DNA of 63,987 bases, counting the filler, from Bigelowiella natans CCMP2755 (taxonomy: Eukaryota; Protista; Cercozoa), in assembly GCA_000320545.1 (NCBI GenBank). It is 8 parts of 8 records of this genome, joined end to end, with 100 filler letters (N's around TTAATTAATTAA, not from the genome) between each part and the next. Parts side by side here need not be neighbours in the genome. Positions count along the whole stretch, not along the records: positions 1 to 26,113 come from ADNK01001318.1; 7 more parts are not named here. The stretch is one strand, 5' to 3'. Every line of letters starts with the position of its first letter. Position 1 is the stretch's first letter. The notes under the pieces are model-generated. The model was not told the DNA's origin and searched no databases. It was given only the letters and a program-made list of their open reading frames with translations. Both the position numbers and the translations under genes were made by a program. Positions 1 to 12,451 of this stretch are shown here, piece by piece.

Positions 1-332
1 AACCGTGGATGTTCCTAGGAGCACCCTCGGTATTTTACTTACGACATGGAGTCGGCCTACGTATTGTAATATTATAGGGGAAAATGGCCTACATTTTCCC
101 TAATATTTTGGGCAACTGCTGCTGCGTAACATGTTGCTGCTGGGGACGCTGTGTGCCCAGCACATGATGTGTATTGGCGCGCAACGCGCTAGTTTAGCAC
201 ACTCTAAAAGACCCGCAAGCAAGCGGTAAGCTTTCTCCTTTGGTAGTTTGCTCATGCATGCTCATGTCATGTTATCTATTCAACAGGGTTTTAGTTTTGT
301 GGATTTAAAGCATTGTAAAAGCATACATTGCA

Positions 333-660
333 TGTTGCGCGTAAGGTGTTTCACAGGCCGAGGCGCTACGTGCACAAGCACAGTAGCAGGGGGGGGAAAG
401 GCACCGTTGCCTCTTTGAAGAGTTGTGTTTATTTTTATTAAAGATTATATTTTTATTAAATCGTGCACTGCGTAATCATTCGCGAAGCTTTCGCGAATGC
501 CGCCGCACGTGGGGCAGCACACTTCCGGTGTGCTGCCATGAGTCCCGCCGGAACCCACGTGCCTATGCTGTATTAATATCTACGTTATCTATATTCTATA
601 TCCGCGACAACCCCTTTGTTGTCGCACGTGACTTGTGCCCGCGTAGTGGTACGCGCTACA
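333..660 (-). mobile_element. Solo LTR of an LTR retrotransposon (~328 bp)
   Basis: Near-identical reverse complement of 62381-62706. Ends are TGTTGCGCGTA...TACGCGCTACA (TG..CA, 11-bp imperfect inverted termini). Flanked by a 4-bp direct repeat TGCA (329-332 and 661-664), consistent with a target-site duplication. Confidence 0.8.
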
Positions 661-1161
661 TGCACAGTTGTGTTGTTAGCGCTGCGCAATACAACTACAG
701 TATACGTTGCTGCTAGCTAGCGATGCCGCGCAGCGTCACCACATTACACGCATGCACGCGACAAGTCTGTAAGTGCTCGCGGCGCTGAATGCAATATCTG
801 CTAGCAACGTCTAGATATGGCTGTGCACATGCATCTGTGCACGTGACTAGCATGCATTCATCCGGAGTCATCTTCATTGATGAAGGCTTGCTTGCTGACG
901 GCTTCGCTTGATCTAGGCATGCAGGCGGGCTCGTTTGTTATGACCTCTCACCTCGCTTTTCAGTCAGTAGAGATGCGTGGTGCGTCCAAGATCGACGTTG
1001 TGCTGCATGCTTTTGCTCAAATATTTGGTGCGAATGTGGTCCTCATCATGCTCAGAAAATGACGGATTGACATCACAGCTATGCCACATGAGCGGAAAAG
1101 AAAATGGTTGAAATAGAGCCACCAGACATGTACATGGGCTATTTGTTAGGTCACACATGCT

Positions 1162-1331
1162 TCACGAGAGCCCCATGCCTTTTGCTGCACTTTTCAGAGC
1201 ACTGCCACCAGTGCTGGATTCTTCGCCAGCACTCGGCTTACTAGTTTCGTCATTAGTTCCATTTTTCTCATTGCCTTCAGAAGGTTTTCGTGAAGCTTCC
1301 TTATCCGTCTACAATGAGGTAAACGTATATG

Positions 1332-1380
<49 letters not shown>

Positions 1381-1503
1381 GAGACGGATGTAATGAAATG
1401 TTTTAAATTTTTTCAATGGTCATCCTAATGTAGCTATGCAGAGCAGCGGCTACACCGCTCAAGTTGTGTCTGTTTTTTTTCTTTCTTGTGTCACATGTTG
1501 CAC

Positions 1504-1539
<36 letters not shown>

Positions 1540-2638
1540 TTTATCAAACACTCTCCATGCTAGAAATTGTTTACCGGTTCATTGTCGCCATCGTCTACTC
1601 CTGTAATTGCTCCCATAAGAAGCTTCTTCTTTCGAGGTGGATTAATAACTACATCGGTTTTCCTGTAGTCTTTTAATAATTTATGGTTCTTATCGAACGA
1701 AGCTTCATTAAATTTAAAATCAGCCTCTTTGACCAACTTTTCTTGTTTTTTCTTTTCTTTTGCTTTTCGCTTGCTTTTCTTCGCTAGCCTAATGTAGCAT
1801 TGTAAAATGAAGAAATTTAGCCGCCTCTTGGCCATGGCTATGAATAACTGGCGTTTCCAAGTGTTTCGGGAGTTTTTTTCGGAGAAAATCAAAATTTGTT
1901 GGTGGTAATTTACGTACTTTTCTTTCAATTTTCTTGCTTTTTCCTTCATCTGTCTCTCATCATAACGGATTTTTCGCATTTGCTCGTCAATTAATCTCTT
2001 CTCATCCATGTATCGTTTTTCTTCCCGCCTTTGACGATCGGACTGTGCAAATATATATTTAAATACAATGTAGTAAAGCAGCAATGGTTTTTCAACCTTG
2101 TAAGTTTCCATTTGAAGAGCATAGTGGGCACCGGCATGTTTCCAAAGAAGTGACATGCGTCTCATCCTGTCTATGGAATCTTCAAGCTTTGCATCCCACC
2201 TAGCAAGCGTGCCCCTTATTAAAAACATTCATTAAATGACAAATGTTCGAGTTAAACGTATTTATTAAAATTTGAGTAACTTACTTTAATCTAACCACGG
2301 CTTGTTCTCTTTGTGATTTTCTCTCTAAGAAGTTTGCTGTTGGATTCATTCCCTCTTTGCGAACATTGATTTCATCAAGGACATCTTTTTGCACTTGTTT
2401 CTTCAGCTCTACCATCTGTGATTTCAGGCTGTCAACATACGCCTCCCTTTGAAGCATGATCTCATACGAATCTATGAGCTGTAGAAATAATATTAGGAAA
2501 CATAAGTAATGAGAATTGCAAATGGGGTCTCAACACTAATCCATTCTTTACCTCCTGCATGACAGCAGAGACGTAGACTCCCATTTTCTTTTGCCATGGA
2601 AGGAGCTCGGGTCTTCGGAATGATGTTGATATGGACAT
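1162..2638 (-). CDS. Hypothetical coiled-coil, Lys/Arg/Glu-rich protein (multi-exon)
   Basis: Exons join in frame through GT-AG introns: MSISTSFRRPELLPWQKKMGVYVSAVMQE|LIDSYEIMLQREAYVDSLK...VRLK|GTLARWDAKLE...; the last intron 1309-1574 leads to TDKEASRKP...MGLS*. No family recognised. Confidence 0.6.
1381..1495 (+). repeat. Dispersed ~115-bp repeat, copy 1 (intronic, inside a (TA)n tract)
   Basis: GAGACGGATGTAATGAAATGTTT...GGTCATCCTAATGTAGCT...TTGTGTCTGTTT...TCACA matches 14945-15053 with scattered substitutions. Confidence 0.8.
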
Positions 2639-2923
2639 TGAGGTAAACCTGCGCTCTCAAGATTGTTTTGATTCTCAGCGTAGCATTGCTGTGCTTTTGT
2701 TTGTGATGTGACGAGGGGGAAACGCTCAATGAACCGACGAAGTTTCGAGGAACACCAGAGATATGTCTCCAAAAAATCTCCAGAATAAAGATGCCGGAGA
2801 TTTTACGGGGAGATTTACAATCGATCTCCGAAAATCTCTGCAAATGATTATTCTTCTCAAATTAGATCTAGGTTCTTTATGGCGGCAACACCGTGCTAGT
2901 GGAGCGAGTGAGAGAGCTCTAGC

Positions 2924-4034
2924 ATGGAACAAACCAACAGTCACGAAAATCACACGAATGGAAAAAAATCAAACGCTACAGAAAGTGAGAAGGAAACCAA
3001 TCCAAAAGCTATCTCGGGTGCAGATATGGAAGAAGATAAAGATACCCAGCACTCAACATCACTAGCACCTGGGACCACAGAGAAAACTGTTTTAAGTTCA
3101 AAAGACATGTTTGGAGAAGATACTGATGATGAAAATGATGAAGATGAAGATGAGGATGAGGACGATAGTGATGAAGGCGAAGAAGATGAAATGCAGACGA
3201 GTTCAACATCAAAGAAAAGGAGATTGATGAATTTCTACATGGATGATGATGAAGACGAAGACGAAGACGATGACGATTTTGACCCAGACAACCCCCATGC
3301 TGGCGCCGATGACTCGGGTGAAGATAGCAGTTCTAATGAATTTAAAAAAGCTGATCCAGTAGCATATATTCCAGCTCCACCAGTCAAGAGGTTAAAAACT
3401 CTTGAAGATGGGAAATCAATACAAGTCTTAGAAGAAGGAGAAGAGGAGCATTGTGCAAAGATTTTGCAGCAGTCGACGAAAATCATCGCAAAAATTATGA
3501 GTTTCTTGAGTCTAAAAGAAAAAATTCGAAACTCGGCAGTGTGCTGCGCCTGGAATACCCCTCTGGTGAATTTTTTCGAAACGAAATTAGACTTCGCTCG
3601 ATATCCTCAATTGACTGATAGACAAGTCGAGAGCATACTTTCCAAATTTGGTCAGATGATTCTTCAAGTCAGGATGGACGGTGGGCATAACAAATTTTAA
3701 AAAAATTATGATAAAATGTTGCTACATGTCATAACGATGCAATTATTGAATTTCAGGTTGCAGGAATCTCACTGATCGATCAATTGAGGCTATAACCATC
3801 CACTGTCCGGTATTACAAAGCTTTAGCATGAATCGTTGCTTCGGAATTACCGATGAAGGAGTAAGAGCTTTGGTGAGGTGCCAAAGATTGAGGTATTTAC
3901 AGCTTTGGGGTGTGAAAAATGTCACAATTAGTTCCATCGAATTCCTTGAGAAAAATCTGGGTGATTTAGTAACGCCGATACACAGTTGCCATTCTGATGT
4001 AAGAATGGATTATCCGACACAGAAATTGAGTTGA
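2924..4034 (+). CDS. F-box/LRR protein (FBXL-like) with acidic disordered N-terminus
   Basis: F-box-like IIAKIMSFLSLKEKIRNSAVCCAWN; Cys-containing LRRs GCRNLTDRSIEAI, RCFGITDEGVRAL, WGVKNVT. One intron at ~3682-3758. Confidence 0.85.
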
Positions 4035-4529
4035 TCAATTTTTTATTAATAATGAAGAGGTATTCGATCAGCCAACATCACAGATCAGCATCATGCTAGC
4101 ATGTAAAATACAGTAGTTGTTGTCCCAATTCTAGAATTGCACAAGCGCACGTAGCGTTCAAGACCATTTACATTGCTCTTTTGTTTGATCCATTGCACAT
4201 GAACTTCTTGCGAGTGCGTACAATAATGTCACTTTAATTGTGCCTGAGTTCGTCGGTACATAATGGATCACCTGCTGCACAATGCGATAACCACGCGCGT
4301 GGCGCGGGGTCTTACGAGGGTAGCATGGCGCTAGCGTACATGATGAGCACATAAAGCCTCGTTGGGGTTCCCAAGCGTGTCGATGCATAGCATTTAACAA
4401 TCAGAATCATCCGATGGCATCTACGTGCGCATCTTGCACGTGCAGAATGGCCTATCTCTGTGTACCCTAGTGCTGTCTATGGATAAAGGCTTCATAACTT
4501 GCGAATAACGTATCGTAGTAACTCCAGTA

Positions 4530-4584
4530 ACACTGGTGTATATACACCAGTAATTATTGCATACTGGTGTATATACACCAGTGT
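4530..4584. repeat. Nested palindrome: two CTGGTGTATATACACCAG units forming a larger inverted repeat
   Basis: ACACTGGTGTATATACACCAGTA-ATTATTGCA-TACTGGTGTATATACACCAGTGT read directly. Confidence 0.85.
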
Positions 4585-4617
4585 AACAATACGGCTGCCA
4601 ACGAATTACATTGTGCC

Positions 4618-6136
4618 TCATTGAGGACAATAGAATGTAACATGATACAAAGTTCCCGCGGGGCAAGTCTCTAAACCGATGCCGTCATCGTATGAATATC
4701 CATAAACATGAGGACACATACGATGGATTGCTTCAACATACTTTGACCTGAGTACATTTCATAGTTTACAATTTTTTAAAAGAGCCCATAATTATAATTT
4801 AACACACGTTAGCTACACCAACATGTAATTAAAGCTATATTTAGTTAAAGTTACTTAGCAGCTGGCCCTTGATGGCACTGATCTGGAGAGATCGGTGGGG
4901 TAGGGCAACAGAATGGCGCGGCTTCACTATCCTGCGGCATATGTTTACCATATTTGTTTTCCCTAAAATAAAATAATGTTAAAGTGCAGAATAAGTATTT
5001 GCTAAATGGTGAATTATTGGGAGATGTTGGTTTAGCGTCAGAACTACCAGTTGGAGAAAGTGAGGATAGAGCAAGGACTGTAGCATCCTACAGTGGCTTT
5101 TGTGTCGGGATGAGACACACGAAGGCTCACATTTTGACCAATATCGCCAAGATCCTAATTAATTTCACCGAATTAATTTTATGCAGAATATATTTTTTGC
5201 CTCTGTCTATCTAAACTAGTCGGTGACCTCTATGGGGCAGCCAGTGAAACTAATATTTGAACAATCGATAGAAGAAACTGGTAGCTTACAATCTCCGATT
5301 ACCTGGTTTGAGCGGGAAAATCAATCAATCGTACATTATATGCGTTCAAAGTAAAATCGATCATTCTGCATCTGGTGCACGTGTGCATAATTGTATACAT
5401 CCAGTTTGAAAGGTAACGTGAATCCGTCCACAAGGCTGATGTCGAAGTAGTCACATCCTTTATACTGCCCCTAAAAAGATACTCGCGATGAATTTAAGAG
5501 ACCCTACCAATCACGCACAACTACGTTGACTACTACAAATCAAACGTCACCGCAAATATAAAGACACAAAAATGTTGTTTATTGTACATGATCTGGGTCA
5601 CATGGAATAGATCTGTCTCCCCATGTAGCTTCAAACTTGGTATCCACAGGCGGGGCGCACCCGATGGTCGTATTGCATGTTTCTGAGGGACCTCCGCTGC
5701 CTCCTAGTGCACAAGAATCTCCACTGTCACTGCACAGATAATCCACAGAATAAAAATTCAATGGTTAAACAGAGTGCCTGAGATAATATGGGCAACGGAG
5801 GGCTGGTCTGGGGTCAAAATACCTGCAGTACATCTTTGGCCAATAACGTGTTGCAGCGAGACCATCAGAAATTGTAAAATTATAAGACGTTGAAGGTTCC
5901 AACTTCACATTTTGTGGATCAGGGCCAACTCCACTTCCTTAATTTGGACAAATACTGCTGGGTTAATTGCATGGTACAGAAACTAAACAAATTCAGCAAA
6001 AACCTGCTTCGTGGGCAATCCAGATGGCATCAGATTTGCACGCATTGGTTATTGTAAGTCGGACGTCGACGTCTTTCAAATTGATTGCACGAGAGTGCGA
6101 GAATAAGATCATCGTCATGATAGCTGCGATCACCAT
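4618..6136 (-). CDS. Secreted thaumatin-like protein (PR-5 family), multi-exon
   Basis: Signal-like MVIAAIMTMILFSHSRA; LTITNAC; ATRYWPKMYC; PPVDTKFEAT; CDYFDISLVDGFTLPF (thaumatin signature); GCYSPC; FCCPTPP; MCPHVYGYSYDD...TC...YHVTFYCPQ*. Confidence 0.9.
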
Positions 6137-6640
6137 GATGCTCAAAGGAAGGACGGCACTTGGCTTGTGCCCTTGTGGAAGTGAAATGTGGTTACCCAAA
6201 TCATGCGAAAACATCCAGGAATTTATTACTACGACAAGATCCTGGCGTTGTCGTAGGATCAATAACAATGATCACTATCAAATGTGTGCTCGTAATGATG
6301 TTACCTTCATCACTATTAATAACTCCAAGAAATCAGGCAAACATCTGCAGTTACCACACGCTTTTCTCTAATTTAGGATGTCGTATGAAGCTTACGTGCT
6401 GATATTTGTTTTGGTGTCCTCTTTCCTGGCATTCCGCTATTTTATTTTATCGAAAATAATTTTGCCCAAAACCCAAATTACACTTCTCCTGCCGAGCTTG
6501 CGCTGAGCTTGTGCTGCGACGTCGACAACAAAACATCCGACGGCACAGTACGAAGCCTGGTTCAAAATCCAAAGGAGTGATTCCTTCCTCGAAAACGCTC
6601 CATAGTCTCTATTGTCAACGCTAACCCCCACCCTATCAGA

Positions 6641-7811
6641 ATGAATTTCTGGAAATTCAACAAAACAATTCGGCCACTTAAAGGTGTAACCCATTCGAAC
6701 TGACTTCCTGCGCTTCAATTTATCGCACGAATTGGAAATTAATTTACTATAACCGGTAGATCATAGTAAAAAGAAGGACAAGGTCCTTTCAGAGTATGCA
6801 CAGGTTCGTCATCCAATGTACGCCAAGGGACCTTATCCATAACATTACTGTGACACACTTTGCTGCTTTTATTTCAGGAGACTTACGTGCAGGCGGTACA
6901 AGAAAGCTAAGAAATGTTAAAGATATTAAATTGATCATCATATCTCCTGCAGTCCTTAGGTACAGGAACTATGAAATCAGCTGTTCGTCTACCCAGTGGA
7001 GAAGAGCTACACGAATGGCTTGCTGTTAATACAGTGGACTTTTTCAACGAAATAAGGTAAGAAGCGAGAGACCTTCAAGACTGTTTTCAGTGGCGGCCAC
7101 CAAATAAATTCTTTCTCACATCTCTCAAGTCTTCTGTATGGAAGCATAGGAGAATTTTGCACCCAAAAGAGCTGCCCGTGTATGTGTGCTGGGAACATCA
7201 AATACGCTTGGATGGATGGCGTTAAGTTTACGAAGCCTGTTGAATGTTCGGCACCAGAGTATGTAGATTATTTGTTAGCATGGGTTGAACAGCAACTCAA
7301 TGACGAAAGCATATTCCCTTTGCAGGTTGGATTTAATACAATTTGAATAGTCACGAAGTAATAAAATTCTAAATGAGACTTGATATGCGGTTGGTTGTTT
7401 CTCAGGCAGGGGCAGCGTTTCCCAAAAACTTCCAAGATATCATAAAAAATATATTTAAGCGGCTGTTCAGAGTATATGCTCACATATATCATGCTCATTT
7501 TAAGAGGATAGTCGCCCTTGGAGCCGAAGCCCACCTCAACACATGCTTCAAGCATTTTCTGTATTTTGTCATCGAATTCAAGGTGAATTGAAGTTACGAA
7601 TCAAAGGGCATGTTCGGAAGTATTGAGACGCTGATTTACTACACTACAGCTTGTTAGGGATAAAGAAATGGCACCAATGAAGCCGTTGATCTCTAAATGG
7701 ATTAAGAAGAAGAAAGGATCAAGTTCCAAATCAGAACGAAAGAGCCGTAGGAGCAACTCCAGGATTTCAGCGGAACATAAAAGAGGCACTTTGGAGGGAA
7801 AGCGTCGATGA
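6641..7811 (+). CDS. MOB1: MOB kinase activator (Mob1/phocein family)
   Basis: [34 protein letters not shown]; [23 protein letters not shown]; [17 protein letters not shown]; [18 protein letters not shown]. Several short introns. Confidence 0.95.
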
Positions 7812-9551
7812 CAGTGAAGGGATAAATGCTTTGACAACAAGATCGCTAAGGTCCTGCTATGTTGCATTATTAGCATTGTAGCGTTTGTAAATAAACGAAG
7901 TGTTAGCATGCTTTATTTGTATAGGCATTAAGTATTATTGCAGTGACTTTAAGCTGTTTGCTAAGATATTCACTAAAACTAACGTATCAATCAAGCAGAT
8001 ACTTGTCTAGACATGCATGCTTGTAATTATTTCATTGCACCCGTCTCATCATGACGTACATAGATGGCTATCTAGCATGCTGACGATATTGTGATCAGAG
8101 GGAAGCTATGCAAGTGTGAGACACACGCACCTAGACATGCACATATCTGCATGGGGCAATGCACACGTACTGGCGTACATCGCAGCGGTCATAATGATGC
8201 ATGATATAGCTAGGACATCTAAACATCCAGAGAGTGCATAGCGATAGTAGAGCTAGTTCTAGAGTGAGATCATCATGCACCAAGCATTGCTAGATTGCTA
8301 GATTACTTCATCATCTGCCGATGTGCCGCTCTAGCGCTACCTACATGTACTAGTGTACTAGTCTAGTAGCGCATGTGTCTCACAACCAGCGGAAACTTGT
8401 AACATCGGCTTTGCGAGCATGCTAGCATGGTGGGCGCACCAAATTTCATCAAAAAGCTTGGAAAACCACAAAAAAACATTCCACACATTGCGAATGCACT
8501 CTGGTGGACTCTGACGAGCTAGCGAGCTCCTGGTGGCTTCTGGTGCGCTCAAAAACCTTCAAATGACCGCCAAAGCCGCTTCGCCAGCTTCGCTCGCGCT
8601 CGCAACATTGCATCACTGAGGAGGAGGAGGAGGAGGAGGAGGAGGAGGAGGATTTGATGTTCTTAATTTCCCTCTTTTTTCGTACGTGCATGCACCACTG
8701 TTTCTTTGGCTGCTGCTACTGCCACTTGCTGCTACTACTGCTACTGCTACTAGCTCTTGCATGAGATGCATTGCACATTGTTGCGCGGAATGTGCAAAAA
8801 ATCGATTTTGAATTTTTTTTGCAACGCGACGTTCATTCTTAAAAAAACATTTTTTTGCTCCGAAATTCAAACCGTGTGCAACATCAGTGTGCTAAAAGTC
8901 TGCGCGATGCCCAATTGCACATTCACATGTCATTGGATCGAGTTGTCGTGTTCACAACAGCGTGAGGTTTTTCCAGATCTGAGGGTTGGAGAAACCCTGC
9001 AAAACCGCATGCAGAGCAGGAAATGCGCGCGCGTGCGCCCTGAAACTTGCTCGAGCGTTGTTTCTCATCACGTTCGAAAGTTTTCAAGCGTCACTTGGTG
9101 TGGTGTTGCGTTGCATGCTGCAGCACCCAGAGTGTTACATGGTTTCTGCTGGTTGTGCTAGTGGTGCATTCACGTAGAAAACACTAAAACAGTTCCGCTT
9201 GCTGGCTTAGCTAGTTAGCTGTAGCCTTGCTTTGTTGCTTCCTTTCTGTTGTTGTTATTTATACGTCCATAGCATCATCTAGTCATAGCATCGTGAAATA
9301 GGCGCGATTATAATACTAGAATATCTACATGATGCCGGTTAGTGCTCTTATTCCTCCTCTTTTGGAACATGATGTCTGCATGCAACAATGCTTTCGACAC
9401 CAATTTCTATGATTTCAAGCTGCATCATCAACCGCAAAGTAGCAGAGCACCACCAAGTCATGCTCTCGGACTATACTAGTATGATATATTCTTCTGCTTA
9501 TTCCGCGGTTTAAAGAAGGTGATGCTATCCGAATCCTGCTGCTCCTCCTCC

Positions 9552-9797
9552 TCATGGTGGTGCAGGAGATGTGCGTATGACTCCCACGTCGATTAGCTTT
9601 TGCAGCCTGAAGGTATGGAGAAACAAGCTCGCTTAACACTTATGACGATGAAGAATATTCACACAATTGCATATTCATATCAATGTCGCTGCTGGAGTGC
9701 TACTTTCTGCTGACGATAGGATCAGCCATCCATTTCTGTGCTGAGGAAGGGTTACTCTGGAGTTCTTGCAACACCTATATGCAAAATCCCAATGTCA

Positions 9798-9838
<41 letters not shown>

Positions 9839-10063
9839 GAAAATACAGAGTTGTGCGCGCGCGTGTGTACTTGTGTGTACTTGTGTGTGTTGTGTTGATT
9901 GTCACGACTGACTTTCTGCATTTGTGGATCTTGCATGATGGACATTGCCTCGGGGTCGTTCTGTACCCGTCTCTGTACCTAATATATGGCAGTAGCAGCA
10001 CACGGAAGTATTTCGAACTAGCACTTCCATATATACATATAACACACACACACACATAAATTT

Positions 10064-10102
<39 letters not shown>

Positions 10103-10297
10103 CTTGTGCGAGCGCGCACGTGGAGTGGCTATAAACTCTATGATTATAACAGGAATGGATTGATTTCTTCTCCTATCACTACACGCCATGTGTGTAGAGA
10201 GGAAAAAAAAGCTCTTCTCGCTTGCATTTGTGCATAGTACTACTAGGAAACAAAGGCAGCAGCACCGCCATCCACAAATTTAGCTTGGACATTGACG

Positions 10298-10331
<34 letters not shown>

Positions 10332-12391
10332 CATCGCTGCTACTACTACTACAGTTGTGATGCACCCACCTCGTTTGGATCTGCTGGAGTGGTTTGTTCC
10401 ATAGTGGCGACCATATCGAGCCCTTTCTGAGCATCTGTGTTACCAGGCTCGATTTCCTGCATCCTGCGAAGAAGAACGATCGTGTTGATGATTGCCCATA
10501 CGCAGGGGAGGGACTGTGTCATCTAATATATAAATTCTAATCCAACACGATGGTATCTGGCTCTGGTGATGCCATCATCGCTTCCTCTCATCATCTAATG
10601 CCGTGTACACCACAACACCATGCTAATCATCGCCATCATCATCATTATCATCGCCACTTGTTTAGAAATACTACTAGCAACCGACTTCTTCCTCCTTCGC
10701 TACTACCTTTGGAACGCCCTCTTGGCCTTTACAAGGTCTTTCACACCGTAGTACATCTGACCTAGCCTACACATTATTATTAATCGTCAGCACCAAGCAA
10801 GAGCACCACGGCGACGTCGCCCAGAACGCAACCCGCTAAACCCATAGCACTGCCTCAAAATCTTTCCTTTCTTCTTCTGCTTCTTCTTCTTCTTCTTCTT
10901 CCTCCTATTGCTCTCCGTAATCAACGAATACGCTGGAGCACCACCACCAGCAGCAGCAGCAGTACGTGATGTGCGTATTCCAATGGTTTTATTCTTCTAC
11001 TTACCGAGACCATCCTTTGACGTAGTTGGGATCGAGCTCCACCGCCTTTTCGGAGTCCTTGATTCCAAGCCGCAGCTCGTACAGCTTCTGGTAACACGCG
11101 GCACGATTGTTCCATACCTGTGACGATGGCGATGTGATGATGGTGGTGGTGGTGATGATGACAATGACAACGGAGACGGAGGAGAAGACGAAGAGGAAGA
11201 AGGCATTGGGAGATGAGGTTTTCGTTGCATCGAGATTCAGATGGCTCATCATGTAAATCATGATAATGATGATGACGATGATAACAACAAGAAGGAGGCA
11301 TAAATCAAAAAGCGCCATCTGCTTTCAGAGACGACTTAATAGTGCCTCCCTCGTTAGGAGGAGGAAGATGGTTCTCATTAGCATTCTTAGGTGAAAGGAA
11401 ATCGTGTTGCCAAATAGTATTGCTCCTGGTACTGATTGTTCATGATGATGATACTTGCCTTAGGATCATCTGGATTTCTCTTTATAGCCTCAGCATACCT
11501 TTAACCACCAACCACCGTCATCATAATCATCGTAATCATCGACATCATCATCATCATCATCATCTTCTTCTTCTTCTTCTCAACACTGCTAAAATCACAA
11601 GGGAGAGGGGGGGGGGGGGGGGGGGGCATGATAGGTAGGGAAAGGTTCCTGCGTTCGAGTTATCATCAATCAGACTGCTGTTAAGATTTACTGCCACTCA
11701 CATCTTGAGCGCTTCAGCGTATTCGCCTAAGTATATCAATCACACAAAGATAATACAACAACAACAACAACAATATTTAGAAAACTATTTAATTTAGAGT
11801 CCCTCTCCTCATATCAAGAATGCAATGAGTCGTCGTGCATTGCCTTTTCTAAAGAGCTCGTTCCCTTTGGATTTAGCCTCTGCTGACTTTTCGGGGTCGA
11901 CGTATTCACGCGCCTTTTGTTCCTTCAGGGCCTGTTTTTCATCCAATTTTATCATCTTAGCAATGGCGGTGGTACTTATGATCTCACCTCGTGCTGTTTT
12001 TTTCGAATGCTTACTACCAATATACATAATGCATGCACAGAACAACGAAGGTGGGTGGGAGTGAGTGAATGGATGGATGGATAGATGACTACTTTCTCAG
12101 CTTCTCTAAGCTTGAGAGCCGTCTCTGGAAATGAGTATTCGACCACAGAATTCTTGAACCACCATATCGCTCCTAGATAATGTTTGAGAAGAGTCGAGCA
12201 TCATATAAACCGCTCGCATTTAGCGAGCTTTGGAAAGAAAGTGGGGGCTGCACAGAACCCGTGGACTAATGCACATTATAGCTTGATACCGGTGTAGTTT
12301 CCACGTTTGAAGTGCAGTGTTCCAAGGCGACTGTAGCTTCTTCCAAGAGCCTTGTCATCTTGCTCGTCCATTGGTTTGGCTGTGTGCAATG

Positions 12392-12451
<60 letters not shown>

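Noticed and set aside
423-716. 97-aa ORF duplicated as 62343-62693 (-)
   Set aside because: It lies antisense within the LTR, starts at a non-ATG codon and diverges exactly at the LTR boundary. Not a gene.
8350-9200. Possible transposase remnant or ORFs in the MOB1-STI1 intergenic region
   Set aside because: No recognisable transposase motif, terminal repeats or TSD; treated only as decayed repeat-like DNA.
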